64,000 bases of DNA from Carcharhinus longimanus. Lineage: Eukaryota. The translations under genes and the position numbers were made by a program. The stretch covers positions 4,058,333 through 4,122,332 of the forward strand of contig JASCQW010000175.1 of the NCBI GenBank assembly GCA_030264375.1. The letters are read 5' to 3'. The notes under the pieces were generated by a model. The model was not told where the DNA came from. It searched no databases and saw nothing but the letters and a program-made list of their open reading frames with translations. Every line of letters begins with the position of its first letter. The stretch's first letter is position 1. This document shows, piece after piece, positions 12,516 through 25,983 of this stretch.

Positions 12516-14934
12516 CTGAGAAAGCAATTGATGCAAGCTGATTAACTGTGCTAGGGATGTAGAAAACTGTGAAGAGGAGTGCCAATTATGGTGAAAAGTA
12601 GGGTCATGGTGAGAAGTGACAGCAAGCGGTAATAAACACTGAAAAGCTGGAGCAATTTTGATTAACCCACACAGGTGCCACTTCAAAATCTTCAAATTTC
12701 TCTTCAATAGTTGAGTGAATATTGAAACAAGCTCAAAAATTAAATGGTGCAATATTCAGTAGAAATTAAAAATATAATAGAAGTGAAAAAAGTGTACACT
12801 GATTAATGCCTTCTAAATCTACTTAATTTTAAAAAAATACCACATAAATACTGAGAAACAGACAACATTCAAGGGTGTTGAATGCCTTTAACTAAAAGGA
12901 TGAATTTTATATGGGCAAATACAGCAATGCACACCAGCAAAAACAAACAAGTCCACAACAGATAGAATTATTGGAAATGCACCAAAAGACTTGATGACCA
13001 TCAAAAATTGAAAAATTTTACCCAAACTAAAAATTAAAATAAATGATTTCTACCAGTAACAGGCTGTTTTATTGTAATTTGCCAACTGGTAACTGCATAA
13101 CTTCCAAAGTTACTAAATTTGAGAGTTCAAAGATAAAGCAGGGTGTTCGAAAGTGTGATGGAATTAGAGACTTGAGGAACTCAGCAAATGCATTACAATA
13201 TCAATAGGCATTATTAATGTAAGGTTAGTGAATCATATTGTTATTTAATTTAGAACAATCATAGGATAGAAACAAAAATCAACATGGTCAAGTCCCAAAT
13301 GAGACTAAGTTAAAGTTGTGTGGAACATCAATAGATAGATGGAATAAAATGCCAACTACCACCTTTCCAGCAAGTGTTGGATAAAGATCTAAAAATAAAA
13401 ACAAGTGTGAACATACTTGAGGATTGACTGGCTGTGGGTTAGCAAACTCAGTCTAGCCCAGAATGGAATCAACCCTTTAGCTGGTTCTACACAAAATGAG
13501 TTGGCACAATCTTAACTTTCAGCACATGCTTTGCAAAGGGCAAAAGTGCCTTTAATTTTCTTTTTGTAATCAGATAATGAAAATAACTTGTGTGGGTGTG
13601 GAAATTGGACATCGATATGGTGTGCGCTTTTGTTCTGCAGTTAGATCAGGGTAGAAACTTAATTCAACATACAGATTTTGGGGTTTTTGATGTAGACAGT
13701 AGTGTCCAAAATGGCAGCAAGCCATTCCCCAATATCCCTCACACATCAATAACCACACAAATAAGATCCAAATTGAGCAAAAAATATTCCCTTTGCATAT
13801 CCACATATTGGCCAAGACTGTGGAACTGCAGAAGTTCTTTCTGCTTTGTTACCATGACCTGCAAAAGCTCCTCGTGGGATCCAATACATATCCTACATTA
13901 TGCTGCCTTTAAATATTTTTCTTCTTTGCGAGTTTGGCTGGGAACGTGGGAAAGTCTAGGTCACAGATGCATCACGTTAAGTAACAAAGCACCGACAGCC
14001 AGAGATGACGTAATCATAGCTGGGCAAGATGACAAAGGGAGATTTTCTTTCCAATAGGAGTCAGCAGCAACGGCTCCAAATGGTGACCAGAGCAAAACAC
14101 CACGTGCCTAAGCTAAAAAAAGAATTTTCTGCAACAGATAGCCTAAAGGCATTTCTACTGGCTATAGCACTACAGTATCCACACCAGTAAAAACAGATAT
14201 GGATTTTAACTGAAATGCAGGAAATCAATTTTTAACACCTATGTAGGATAAACAAATTACACTACAATTTTAAACTTCAGCTGTAATTTCTACACAATAC
14301 ATCCAGTGCAACTTTAGACTGAACATCCTCAGGACATGCAACTTAATTAACTAAATACTCAGCAATGAGCAAGGCTATAAATGCAAACCAAGATTAATGA
14401 GGCTAAGGAACATTACTTTTCCCAATTATTGCCACTATTGGTGATAGCGACAATGAAGGACTTTGGAGCAGCAAGTCACAATGTTAAGATGGTTTTAATC
14501 TAAAGGGGGCTATGCAGTTACTTTCATGTTTTCTTCAGTCATAGAAATTACAGTACTAAAACCAACACCCACCCCATCTTCAATTTCCTTGAAACATCTA
14601 TCCCAATTTCAAAACATTCCACTTTTACAATCTTTACCCAAGTGTTCAACTGCAGCCATCAAAAAAAATTCTTGTATCTTTTTACAATATCTTTTCAAAT
14701 TAGATTGTTCCTAGCTTTGTGGGGAAGTGTTCCTTGTGTGTCAAAACATTTTGTTCAACTTCCCCTCTTCTTTATACTACCAACTCAATCTATGCCTTCA
14801 GTAAACAAGTTACTTGTGGAAATAATGTTATACTACTTAGCCCCCAAAACCTTTTATTTTTAAAAGTTTGTTTCTAGAGAGAGAAGCAGAAGAATTAGTT
14901 TTTAGCAATAACTTTCTATTCATGGTCTAATTCT

Positions 14935-15510
14935 TTTGTATTACCCAGGAAGGTCAGGGTGAAAGGAGGCCATTCAGCCATAGTGCCTCTGAAAGAGCAG
15001 TTCGCTTCTGTCATATCCACACTTTTTGTCTGCAACCCTACCAAGATGCTCATTCTCAAGTACCTGTCCAACTCCCTTTTACACATAGGATTAGCTTCCA
15101 CCACTTTTTCTAGTCTTCCAGATCCCGACAATGCTGAATTTAAAATCGCCAGAGTTTGAACCTATGATTTCTGCTTACTATACCACAGGAAAATGTTTTT
15201 ATCTATTTGATCCAAGGACAACTTTTCCAACATCTCCCCATAACTAAAGACCTTCATTGTTGATGACATCCTAGTAAGTTCACTTTGTCTTTATGTGTGG
15301 TGCCCAGAATTGTCTACAATACACCAGCTGAGGTCTAATAAGTGATTTAAGAAGTTCTAGTATGATGTATTTGTTTTTATATTCATCTATTTATAACCCC
15401 AAGTAACCCACTTGCTTCTTTTTTTGAAACCTTATCAACTTGCTCTAAATCTTTAAAAAAGCTGTGTATATGGGCACAGACTTCTGACTGTTTATCTGCA
15501 GCACTTCTCA
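14935..15510 (-). mobile_element. CR1 3' fragment
   Basis: gaaaggaggccattcagcc tail; KVVEAN...KRELDRYL on the minus strand. Confidence 0.65.
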
Positions 15511-16244
15511 AAATATAATTTTCTATTGTGGCAATCATAGTTATGCATTAATCAAGATGACAGATGAATACACTTATAATCGTTCTTGTTTAAGAAAACG
15601 GTGGCCTGAAGTTCCAAAACAATGGTCAAAGTTGAAGAGATCAAATCTGGTAAATAATAAACTCCTGACAAACCAACTCAATGTGAAGTTCTATTACCCT
15701 TCCTCTTATAAGCTTTAATTAATAACTGCAATCTTCTGACAGATCAGCCAATGAGCTACATCCCAGATTAATGACAATGTGCTAACTTCTCAAACCCTCG
15801 AGGTGTTTTTGTATTATATTCTGTTGCATGGGCATACAGTATGAAGAAATAATGATGTATACTGTGCCATGGATATTCATCCAAAATTGCTTAATTTGAT
15901 ATGTCCAGCATTCCAAGAAAGACACAGGGGTTTATCTTTGGGAGTTACATTGATGTGTTAAGGAAAATCTTTTCAAACCAATGTCTTTAAGGAAATCTGG
16001 GGTGGAGTGGGATTCCTAACTAGGACCATAAAAATTACAGCTGAAGTCTTTTGCAATCAGGTTAAACTAACTAAGTTCGGCTGTTGTAATGCAGACAAAT
16101 GCTGAAGTAACACAAATGCAAGTGTGGAAAACTGAAAAGGTTATATAGAAAAGGAACTAATTTTATATATTTGTTTAAAAGTACCAAAAAAAATCAATAT
16201 TTACACACTTCAAGGAATCCTAAATTGCTCCACGACATTACAAA

Positions 16245-17350
16245 AATCATAGATCGATTACAGCAGAGGAAGCCATTCAGCCCACCTCATCTCTGCAGTC
16301 CTCTGAAGAAACCACCTAGTGCCATTCCTGTCTTCTCCACAAACCTGCAAACTTTTCCTTTTCCAATAATGATCAATTGAATATTGGATGCCTCAATTGC
16401 ATCTTCTGCCCCCACACATAGGCAGTGAATTCCATATCCTAACCACTCACTCATGTTGCCATTGCTTCTTAATTACCAATTACTTTAAATCAGTGGCCTC
16501 TGGCTCTCAAACATTCCATCAACTGGAGCAGAAACTCTGTCCAGGAACATGATTGTGACTACTGCCATCAAATTTCCTCTAAATCATCTCTTTTCCAAAG
16601 GACCAAAATGCTAACTTCTCCTATCTTACCAATTAACTGAAGTTCCTCATCCTTGAAATTATTTGTGAATCTTTTCAAACCAATTTTGTATCCATATCAC
16701 TACAGTGCCCTTTATCGCATGAGCTCTAACTTTGCTCATTTTATCAAGTCTATGTATGCTTAAAACCCTCACTGTTTTCTCATCAAAAAACTCAAACAAG
16801 TTGGTTAAACACAATTTGCCCTAACAAATTGTTCTAGCTTTCCTTAATTAACTTGTATTTGCCCAAGTGGCTATGAATTTTGTTCTAAATTATTGTTTTT
16901 AAAAGCTTCCTCATCACATTGGTTAAACCAACTGGTCTGAATTACTCAGCTTATCTTTACACCATTTCTTTGAATTTTTTTTCACAATTCCCCAGTCCTC
17001 TGGCACCATCCAAGTCCAAAGAAGATTGGAAAATTATGACAAGTGCCCCGGCAATTACCTCACTTCCCTCAGAATTTTTGGATCTCATCTAGTCCTGGTA
17101 TCTAATTTTAAATACAGCTAGCCACAGCAATACCTCATTTATCAATTTTAAACCATTCAACTATCTGAATTATCATATCTTCTCTTTCACCATGACCAGC
17201 ACTGCTGGTCCTTCCTTGGTAAAAGGCACTTGCAATGTAACATAATACCTCAGCTATGACCTCTGCCTCGATACACAAATCTCCTGTTTGATCCCAAATT
17301 GGCCTCACTCCTCCCATACCACCCCTTTTAATTATTTGTTTTTTCAATTC
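16245..17350 (-). mobile_element. Degenerate CR1 LINE
   Basis: aggaagccattcagccc tail; VRPIWDQTGDLCIEAEVIAEVL on the minus strand. Confidence 0.7.
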
Positions 17351-18782
17351 CCCTTTGAACCTTTAATAGATTTGTTCTGATAAAAACAGAAGGCAAGTTT
17401 AGAGGAAGCTATTTTCCCTCTTCCCCTCTCTCAGTCATCACCTATTATCCATAAAACAATGGAGGCTAGCTTGGTAGTCTCCAGCTTCCTCTTCTGCTAA
17501 CATCAATTCCACTGCATTTACTTGCCAAGTTCACAGCTTTAAACTAACTGGCAAACATATAAATATATATATTGTCCACCTGAAAGGGCACTGTAGAATA
17601 GATTCCTAAGCTTTTTTTTTGGTCGCTCTTGCACTTTTGTCAATGTAGTTAATCCAATGCAATACTTAAAATTCAAACATTTATAGCATAATAGTATTCA
17701 CAGTGCTGGAACTATACAGTGGGTAGATACAGAAAGTGAACCTTTTAGAGTATTTGTGACAGGCCTGTAAACCTTAAAATGAGAATGAATCCAAGTTAGT
17801 ATATTGGTGCCGATATACCACTGCAGGCTTCAGTATTAATTGTGAGAATCAACATGACATGCTCTTGGAGACTCATTTCATGCAATATTCTTACTGCAAA
17901 TAAGGAAACACACCTGTACCTTTCAAAAAACCTTCTACATTCTTAAATGACAAATCAGAACCTCAATTTCATAAAACATAACCTGTGGAATACAGTAGAG
18001 GCGGTTGACAAGAAGTGAACTTGAAGTGCACATATAATTTCACAGAGAAAAGTGGTTAGTTCAAGTGTCTGAATAGGTTAAGTTGCAAAGATTGCAAAAG
18101 CCCAGGCTGCCTGATATTCCACACAGGGAAGCATGGAATAAGGGGGAAGGAATAGTAGGAATGTTACTCTGGGCTGTTTACATGTCGTGCCAGCCCATTC
18201 AAGCCTGGCACTATAAATACCTGACTTGATGCCAGTTTTCCTCCTTTCTCAGTAAAAGGATAGTATGTGAGGAGATAAGGTGGAGCTCAGAAGACGGAAT
18301 TGTGGAAATGGATTTTTTTAAAAACATAGAATGCCTAATTGAGAATTAGTTTGCAATGACCCACCCTTATCTTAAAGAAACTAGAAGGACACAAGGCCCT
18401 TGGGATAAAACTTGTACATCTAAATTTAGGTCCAACAAAAACTAAATGGTTATATTTATGAAATTACAGTCTCATCATTGAATGCAGAAGAAAATTCCTC
18501 ATACAGGAAAGAGGCAAATAAAAATAAGTCAATATTATAGATAAAGCTAATTTCAACTTTTCCACACAAGTGCATTTTGCTTACGAGTTGGTGGAACATG
18601 TTTCACCACTGCAGCTCAGGATGAGGCACTGTTGAAATGGTTGGGCCGCATTAACCTGAAGCGAAGGGAAAACAGAAAAGAACACTGCACAAGCAGGAAT
18701 GGAGAGGAAAGATGAGCATTCAAAGCAGGCGATTCTCAGAAGCATCGATCTACAGCACTATCACAGACTCCTCTCACGTCAC

Positions 18783-18845
18783 CTGGTTCTAGATGTAGAA
18801 TAGGAAAGCGTGTATAGAAATAGGCTCTCTGAAAGCTTTTTATCT
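18783..18845 (-). CDS. MYH9: Putative 63-nt alternative loop-2 exon, EIKSFQRAYFYTRFPILHLEP
   Basis: tctgtgtctgttgcag|AGATA...GAACCAG|gtgacg; phase 1-1, no stop, 21 aa; aligns with the MYH10 B2 insert EIQNIQRASFYDSVSGLHEPP (shared EI..QRA.FY.....LH..P). Confidence 0.85.
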
Positions 18846-19319
18846 CTGCAACAGACACAGAGACATCAAGACAAAAATAAGAAAAATGAATCCTTAAAAA
18901 AAATCCCATTAACAATGAGAACTACAGGATACACAAGATTTGGTCTCTTTAGATAGTTATTCAATTGTTGAATGAATCATTTAGCAATTGCAGCATAATC
19001 TCCACCTTCAGGAGTTGGTGCTGTGCACAGACCAGGAATTCCTCTAAGGATGGGACATATCAAAAACTTTTATCACTTAAATGTCAAATTATTGAACAGT
19101 AATAGCACTAACAGAGCAATGCGAGCAGATCACACCTGCCTATCTTTTGCTACTGGGGATTTGGAAATGGGAACGTGGAGCTAAAGATAGAACATCCTAT
19201 GGTAGAAAGTAGTAACAGTGAAATTAAACAGATTGAATCCTACAAAGAAATGCAATAACGTGATTTTAACACTTGCTTGAATTCAAATGCAAGGAAAATC
19301 TCTGTGCTCTCTGCTAGCC

Positions 19320-20635
19320 TGACATCAGTCATTGTGAAAGTCAGTTTATATTAAGGAAGCATTAAGAATTTGCTTAGAAAATCAATGCGATCAGACAAAG
19401 TCAGTTGGCTTTAAATAAATGAAAATTACGTTTGACAAATCTGTTTTTTTTTGAGGATTTAACCAGTGATCCAAAAGTCATCCAACAAGTTGCCACATTA
19501 AAGATTAATACACAAAGGCTCATGGATAGAGGATTGGTTTACAGACAGGAAATAAAGTGTAGGGATAAACAGTACATTTTGGTAGGCTGTAACTAGTGGA
19601 GTGCCACAAGAATGAGTGCTGGGGCCTCAACTATTTACAATCTATATTAATGACTTAGACAAAACAGAGAGCAATGCATCTAAGTTTACTGGCGACACAG
19701 TGGGAATGCAAGCCATGAGAAGAACACACAAAGAGGCTGCAGAGNNNNNNNNNNNNNNNNNNNNNNNNNNNNNNNNNNNNNNNNNNNNNNNNNNNNNNNN
19801 NNNNNNNNNNNNNNNNNNNNNNNNNNNNNNNNNNNNNNNNNNNNCACAAAGAGGCTGCAGAGAGATATAGGCAAGTTAAATGAGTGGGAAACAAGATGGT
19901 ACATGGAGTATAATATGGGGAAATGTGAGGTTATTCATTTTAGTAGCAAGAATATGAAAGCTTTTTTTAAAAAGATGCAAAAAAACTTGTAAGTGCTGAA
20001 ATTCAGAGTGTGTGATTGTACAAGAAACGCAAAATGTAAGCATGCAGGTATAGCAAGCAATTAGGAAGACAAATGGCACACTGGCCTTTAGTGCAAGGGG
20101 ACTAGAGTACAGTTTAAGGAAGACCCCTACAATTGTACAGGACTGTGGTTGAGAACACACCAAGAATACTGTGCGCAGTTTTGATCTCCACCTTTAAATG
20201 AAGGATAGCAAAGGTTCACTAGATTGGTCCACGGATTCAGAATGTTAGCCTACAAAGATAGATTGAGTAAATGGGTTTGTATTCTCCATTGAAACATCTC
20301 GTTAAAGCATACTAAATTATGAAGGAGCTTGATATGCTAGACACAAGTTGTTCCCCCTGGCTAGGGAATCTAGAAAACGAAAGTACAGTCTCAGGATAGT
20401 GGGCCAATCATTTAGGACTGACATGAGGAAAAGTTTCATTACTCAAAAATGGCATGAATCTTTGGAATTCCCTACCCTAGAGGGCTTTTGAAGTTCTATC
20501 ACAGAATATATCTAAGGCAGAAATACACAGATATGGAGTGGGTAGGAAAGTGGGAGTTGAAGCCAAAGATCAGACATAATATTGAATGGCAAAGCAGGCT
20601 CAAATTGTCTACTCTTGCCCCTATTTCTTACGTGC
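19320..20635 (+). mobile_element. CR1 LINE RT and 3' end
   Basis: VTSGVPQ.VLGPQLFTIYINDLD...SKFTGDT, EYCAQF; tail ctactcttgcccctatttcttacgtgctt. Confidence 0.8.
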
Positions 20636-21212
20636 TTACTGAAAGTCTCCAAATCAAAGAAATCACATCAAATCATAAATCGATATATTCCACATAGCAG
20701 GAAAATGATCCTTCCTACATTCTACCAAACCTCTATTTTTCCATGTTGTTTGTCGGAAATACTTGATCAGCAATTGGGATTTTGGGGTGAAAACACTCCA
20801 CTATTCAATTCACCAACGCTGCTTAGAATGGAGTTGCTGAAAATAATTTTTAATTTTTTTCTAAACAAGTAAAATTCATCTGAAGCAAAGCAAATTGGAT
20901 TGTCCCTTTTCCAAGGGAAGATGGGGTCTCTTGGCTACCACATTGCCACTAGATTTATTAAGCTATCCTTGCAAATATGTGTCTGTGCTGGACTCTTGCA
21001 ATCATAGCATTATAATCAGGTACATGCTGCAAACATTTTCAGAATTCAGAGTTTAGCAAGCGACTGGAACACTGAACTTATTTTATGATTTCCCTAAATC
21101 TAGACAGCATAAGCAGCAGATTATGGTATTACCAAAAAAAACTGTTCATGTCAAAAGCTACAATAAGCAATAGAAGCATTTTAAGCAGCTGAAGTTTCTA
21201 ATTTTAACATAC

Positions 21213-21327
21213 CATCCCTCCAGAGATCAGCTATAAACTTATCAGATGATTGGTGCAGTAAAGTGGCGATGTTGTCATTCAGGGGATCCATGTTCTTCAT
21301 CAGCCATTCATTCGCTTTGTAGTCCAC
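21213..21327 (-). CDS. MYH9: MYH9 115-nt exon (exon 15 equivalent), [38 protein letters not shown]
   Basis: atag acceptor, gtatgt donor, ends phase 1 at the loop-2 insertion point. Confidence 0.97.
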
Positions 21328-21578
21328 CTATATTGCAAACCAGAGATACCTTATAATAAATACCTTGATCAACAATCAATTATTTAATCTGTTGAGTCCT
21401 GGTTACAAAGTCTGATATACATATTTCACTTTCATGTTCTTTGTAGAGTGCACATGTTCAGGCAAGGAGAACAAAACAGGTCAACAAGGTGGCAGTTGAA
21501 TGACTAGATTATTTCACACATTTATGGCTATTCTTTCAATAAATTATGTAAATGATAACTGCATCAAGCTTTAGATCA

Positions 21579-21776
<198 letters not shown>

Positions 21777-21840
21777 TTAAAAATTAATCTCAATATACTT
21801 CTGGGGAGCTAGTTAGCCAAAACTGAGAAACATTACTCAC

Positions 21841-22014
21841 AGATTTTTCAATTAGGTCAATGCAAGGCTGCAAGTCAAGACCAAAATCAATGAAGTTCCA
21901 TTCAATTCCTTCTCGCTGGTACTCTTCTTGCTCCAGAATGAACATTGTGTGATTAAAGAGCTGTTGAAGCTTTTCATTTGTGTAGTTAATGCACAACTGT
22001 TCAAAGGAATTCAG
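21841..22014 (-). CDS. MYH9: MYH9 174-nt exon (exon 13 equivalent), [58 protein letters not shown] (relay helix)
   Basis: ttgcag acceptor, gtgagt donor; contained in ORF 21790..22101. Confidence 0.97.
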
Positions 22015-22414
22015 CTGCAAAAGGACAAAAAATAAAAAGTCACCAGGAAGGAGGAAGATAGCATCACATGACAACCTAAATTCCTCAGCCAGATGAAACA
22101 AATAGTCTTAGTATTTATCCTGTCAAGCCCTTTCGTAATGTTCCAATGAAATCACTTCTCATTCTTCTAAACTCCAGAAAATATAGACCTGATTTACTCA
22201 ACCGCTTAGCAAACCTTCATTCTACTGCCTTCAGTGTAATCAGATCCTTCTTTAAGACCACCAAAATTACGCACATTCCAAGTGTGCTCTCACTGAAGAC
22301 CTGTACAATTGCAGCAAGACTTCTTTATTCTTGTACTCCAATCCCTTTGCAATAAAGGCCAACACGCCAATTCTGTTCCCAGTTGCTTGCTGTGCCTGCA
22401 TGCTAATTTCTTAT

Positions 22415-22735
22415 ACAACAAAATCAAAAAGCTGGAAAATCCCAGCCAGTCTATCAGCATCTATATGGAGAGAAAACAGATGTTTCAAGTCCACATGACC
22501 CTTATTCAGAACTGAAGGGAAAATATGATGTATACAAGGGGATGGGAACAGTGGTTAGTGGGGGATGGAAGAGATGGCAATAAAGATGTGGTAAAACTAT
22601 GGCCCAGTGGGGGAGGTAAGGTTTATGCATCAGAATAAGAAAATATTTGCGTCAAAAAAAGGTAAATTTGAGGAGAAAGGTCACAATCTAAAGTTGTTGA
22701 ACTCAATATTCAGTTCAGAGGGCTATAACGTATCT
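22415..22735 (-). mobile_element. Penelope-like 3' end
   Basis: Reverse complement reads ...PSELNIEFNNFR; terminal repeat ttctgaataagggtcatgtggacttgaaacatctgttttctctcc with a mutated hammerhead core. Confidence 0.65.
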
Positions 22736-22738
22736 AGT

Positions 22739-22990
22739 GGGTGACACGGTGGTCAGCACTGCTGCCTCAGCACCAGGGACTCTGGATCAATTCCAACCTT
22801 GGATAACTGTGTGGAGTTTGCATGTTCTCCCCTGTCTGCTTGGGCTTGCTCTGGTTTCCTCCCACAGTCCAAAGGTGGTTAGGTGGGTTTGCCATGCTAA
22901 GCTGCCCCTTCGTGTCCCAAGATGTGTAGGCTAGATGGATTGGCCACAGTAAATGGAGTTACAACGGGGTTACGGGAGTTTCCCTACGCT
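22739..22990 (+). mobile_element. HE1-like V-SINE
   Basis: acacggtggtcagcactgctgcctcag...gtgtggagtttgcatgttctcccc...ggtttcctcccacagtccaaag (V-domain). Confidence 0.85.
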
Positions 22991-23653
22991 GTTTCATGTC
23001 CATTAACTAATCTTCCATCCATGCTAATACATTATCCCCAACTCCATAAGCCCTTTGCGTGAATTAACTTTTTGCATGGCACCTTACTGAATGCCATTTG
23101 GTGATCCAAGTATACTTCACCTACTGGTTCTCCTTATCTATCCTACTTGTTACATCATCAAAAAACTAAAATTTGACTAACTGGGATTTCTTTTTTGTCG
23201 AACCACGTTGACTGTCTGCTCATACTATGCTGTTCTAAGTCAAGTTTTCCATACATTCCAGCACTTCCTGAATTGCTCACTTAGGGTTAACTGGCCAGTA
23301 AGTTCTTCATTTCACACTCTCTCTCTCTCCCCTTTGAATAGCAATGTTACAATTGCTAACTTACATTCTGCTGGAACCATTCCAGATTCTTGGTAATTCT
23401 GGAAAATCACAGCCAGGACATCCACTACCTCTTTTCGAAAACTAGGATGTAGACTATTGGGCCCTAGGGATTTGTCAGATTAGTCCTTGAATTTCTTCAG
23501 TATTTTTCTCCACTGATGCCTTTAATTTTCTCATTCTTATTTGCCCCTAGGTTACCCTCTATTTCTGGTATGTAACTTGCAACTCCTACTGTGAAGGCAA
23601 ATAAAATATTTGTTCAATGTCTGCCTTTGCCTCAACCTTATGATAAGTTATCC

Positions 23654-23992
23654 CTAAAGTTTAAGATTATTAGTGTCACAAGTAGGCTTACATTTCATTA
23701 ACACTGCAAAGAAGTTACTGTGAAAATCCCTTAGTTGCCACACTCTGGTGCCTGGAGGAGAATTTAGCACAGTCAAAATACCTAACCCACACATCCTTGG
23801 ACTGTGGGAGGAAAGCAGAGCACCCGGAGGAGAATGTGCAAACTCTGCACAAAGTGACCCAAGCCGGGAATTGAATCCAGGTCGGTGCCAACTGCGAGGC
23901 AGTGGTGCCAACTGCGAGGCAGTGGTGCCAACTGCGAGGCAGTGGTGCCAACTGCGAGGCAGTGGTGCCAACTGCTGTATCATCGTGCCTCC
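23654..23992 (-). mobile_element. HE1-like V-SINE with internal minisatellite
   Basis: ttggactgtgggaggaaagcagagcacccggagg...gtgcaaactc V-domain; tail shared with 28890-29175. Confidence 0.85.
23884..23975. repeat. Perfect 20-bp tandem repeat, about 4.6 copies (ggtgccaactgcgaggcagt)
   Basis: Read directly from the sequence. Confidence 0.97.
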
Positions 23993-24980
23993 CACATCCT
24001 GTCTCCTTCTAAAGGCAGATTTACTAAGCTATTAATTTCCTGTTGCAAAATGGTAAAAATGTTGTGATCTGTTTTTATATTTCTGGCTAGTTTACAATTA
24101 TATTTATTTCCTTTCTTTCAACTACTGAGGTGATCCTTTGCTGTTTCTAAAATACTACCAATCCTCAATTACTATTGATCTTTGTAACATTATAGTCTCT
24201 GTGGTCAGTCTAGAGTTAATGTTTATTTACAGCACATCACTACTTGTATGCTAACTAGATTCCATTTGTTTGAATGTGGGTTAGAAACAAGTCCACATGG
24301 ATTAGATGTCAATTTGCCAATTTCAATGTCACTCAGACTAACAGTGATGCTTAGTGTGGGGGAAAAAGGGAAAAAAATCTGTCACACTGGTATAGAATTG
24401 AGACTTAGATAATACGAGACCTGGGTGTGGTTGATCAGCATTCTTGGTGTACTTTTACTGTGAAAAAAATTAATCACTTGGGCAAGCAGGGAAAGAAAAC
24501 TCACATCATTACACACTTATTCACAATTTCAGCACTTTCCAAATGTAAAGAGTTTTGAAGTTTGAACATGAAATTCAATCACACAAATTCAAGTACTGCA
24601 GGTCTAAATGCACCAAAAAAAGTGTGTTGCTCATTGACAAATGGTGCATCATATTGAGTTTAACAGACTATAGAGTGGAACACAGTTCTGAAATCAATCC
24701 ATGGTACAAGCAAAGCTCAGGTATTTAGCATCCTAATGTCAAGTCCTTGAAGCACATCCCAACCAGTCTAAAGCTACTTTAGATTCAGTATTCCCCCACT
24801 TTCAATTTAGACTGAACAGAAAATGGCTTTTGTTACTCTGTACAGGGAACAGAACACTGCAAATATCCCAAAAATATCAGTGGAGATGTAATTCCAGGAT
24901 TGCCACAAAAGGCTTACTGCTCTTGGTCTTCGTGCCAGAAATCTACTCTCAACTTGAAACGTCCCCAATCAAACAACCCA

Positions 24981-25251
<271 letters not shown>

Positions 25252-25983
25252 CTAAATGTAGAAAAAATAAATCCAAGTCAGCTAAAAATCAAAATGTACA
25301 AACATTAGTCATCACAGGATATTTATTAGGAAAACTATGTATTATATGGAAAATCATTTTAAGCAGTAGATCTCACATGAAGCCAGAGCAGTGAATTGTG
25401 CAATCGTGATTTTCCAAAATAGGACGTACTCTGAATAAGGAATATGCCGGATTACGAGGTTTGCAAATATCTATCAAAGCATTATAGATGTGTTAATAGT
25501 ACAAAATTCAATATGTTACTAATATATGTCTATTTGGATCAACGTCAAACTGCTGACTTCAACCAGGTTTTTCTTCTCATTAGATCTATTCCAAAACGAT
25601 GTTAAAATATTCCTCACTCCTGGGAGATTCGCTGAGAATCTGGCACAGGGAAACCACTTGGAACAATGGCAATGGTTATTTCACAATATAGATGTTCATG
25701 CTGGTTCTATGCCAACAATTTCCAAGATCTGTGGAGAATCTGAGTGACCTTAACAATTGGTTATTTAGTCAACAGTCCACGATATTCTTGGCACATCCTC
25801 TGATTAAGTACAGCAAAGCAGATTCACTGGCCACACAATTATTCCAAACAAATATCGGTACTAACTAAGCAGTAGTAAAAGGCAGCAAGAGGTAATCTTT
25901 GTCAGTCATTGTGAATTAATTTGGTTGAGAAAACAGAACCCCAGGAGCAGGTTTCTACTCGGTCAGTGCTACTCTATTGGTAG

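Larger units (their letters stand above)
22100..24200 (-). mobile_element. Fragmented CR1 hosting nested Penelope-like and SINE insertions
   Basis: CR1 antisense segments at 22100-22410, 22995-23650 and 23995-24200. Confidence 0.6.

Noticed and set aside
13360-13530. Very old LF-SINE-like relic (similar faint signals near 25620-25970, 32875-33010, 52215-52520)
   Set aside because: Similarity is too weak to support by eye and needs a profile-HMM search.
19725-19864. Tandem duplication cacaaagaggctgcagag on both sides of a gap (similar at 47893/48221)
   Set aside because: Identical sequence flanking N runs is typical of unmerged contig overlap.
22478-22515. Sense-strand hammerhead that could cleave MYH9 pre-mRNA
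   Set aside because: The core reads CTGAATA rather than CTGANGA and the stems are degraded. There are too few copies to claim an orientation bias.
23884-23975. CRISPR-like array
   Set aside because: The repeats are contiguous with no spacers, lie inside a SINE in a vertebrate intron, and have no cas genes nearby.
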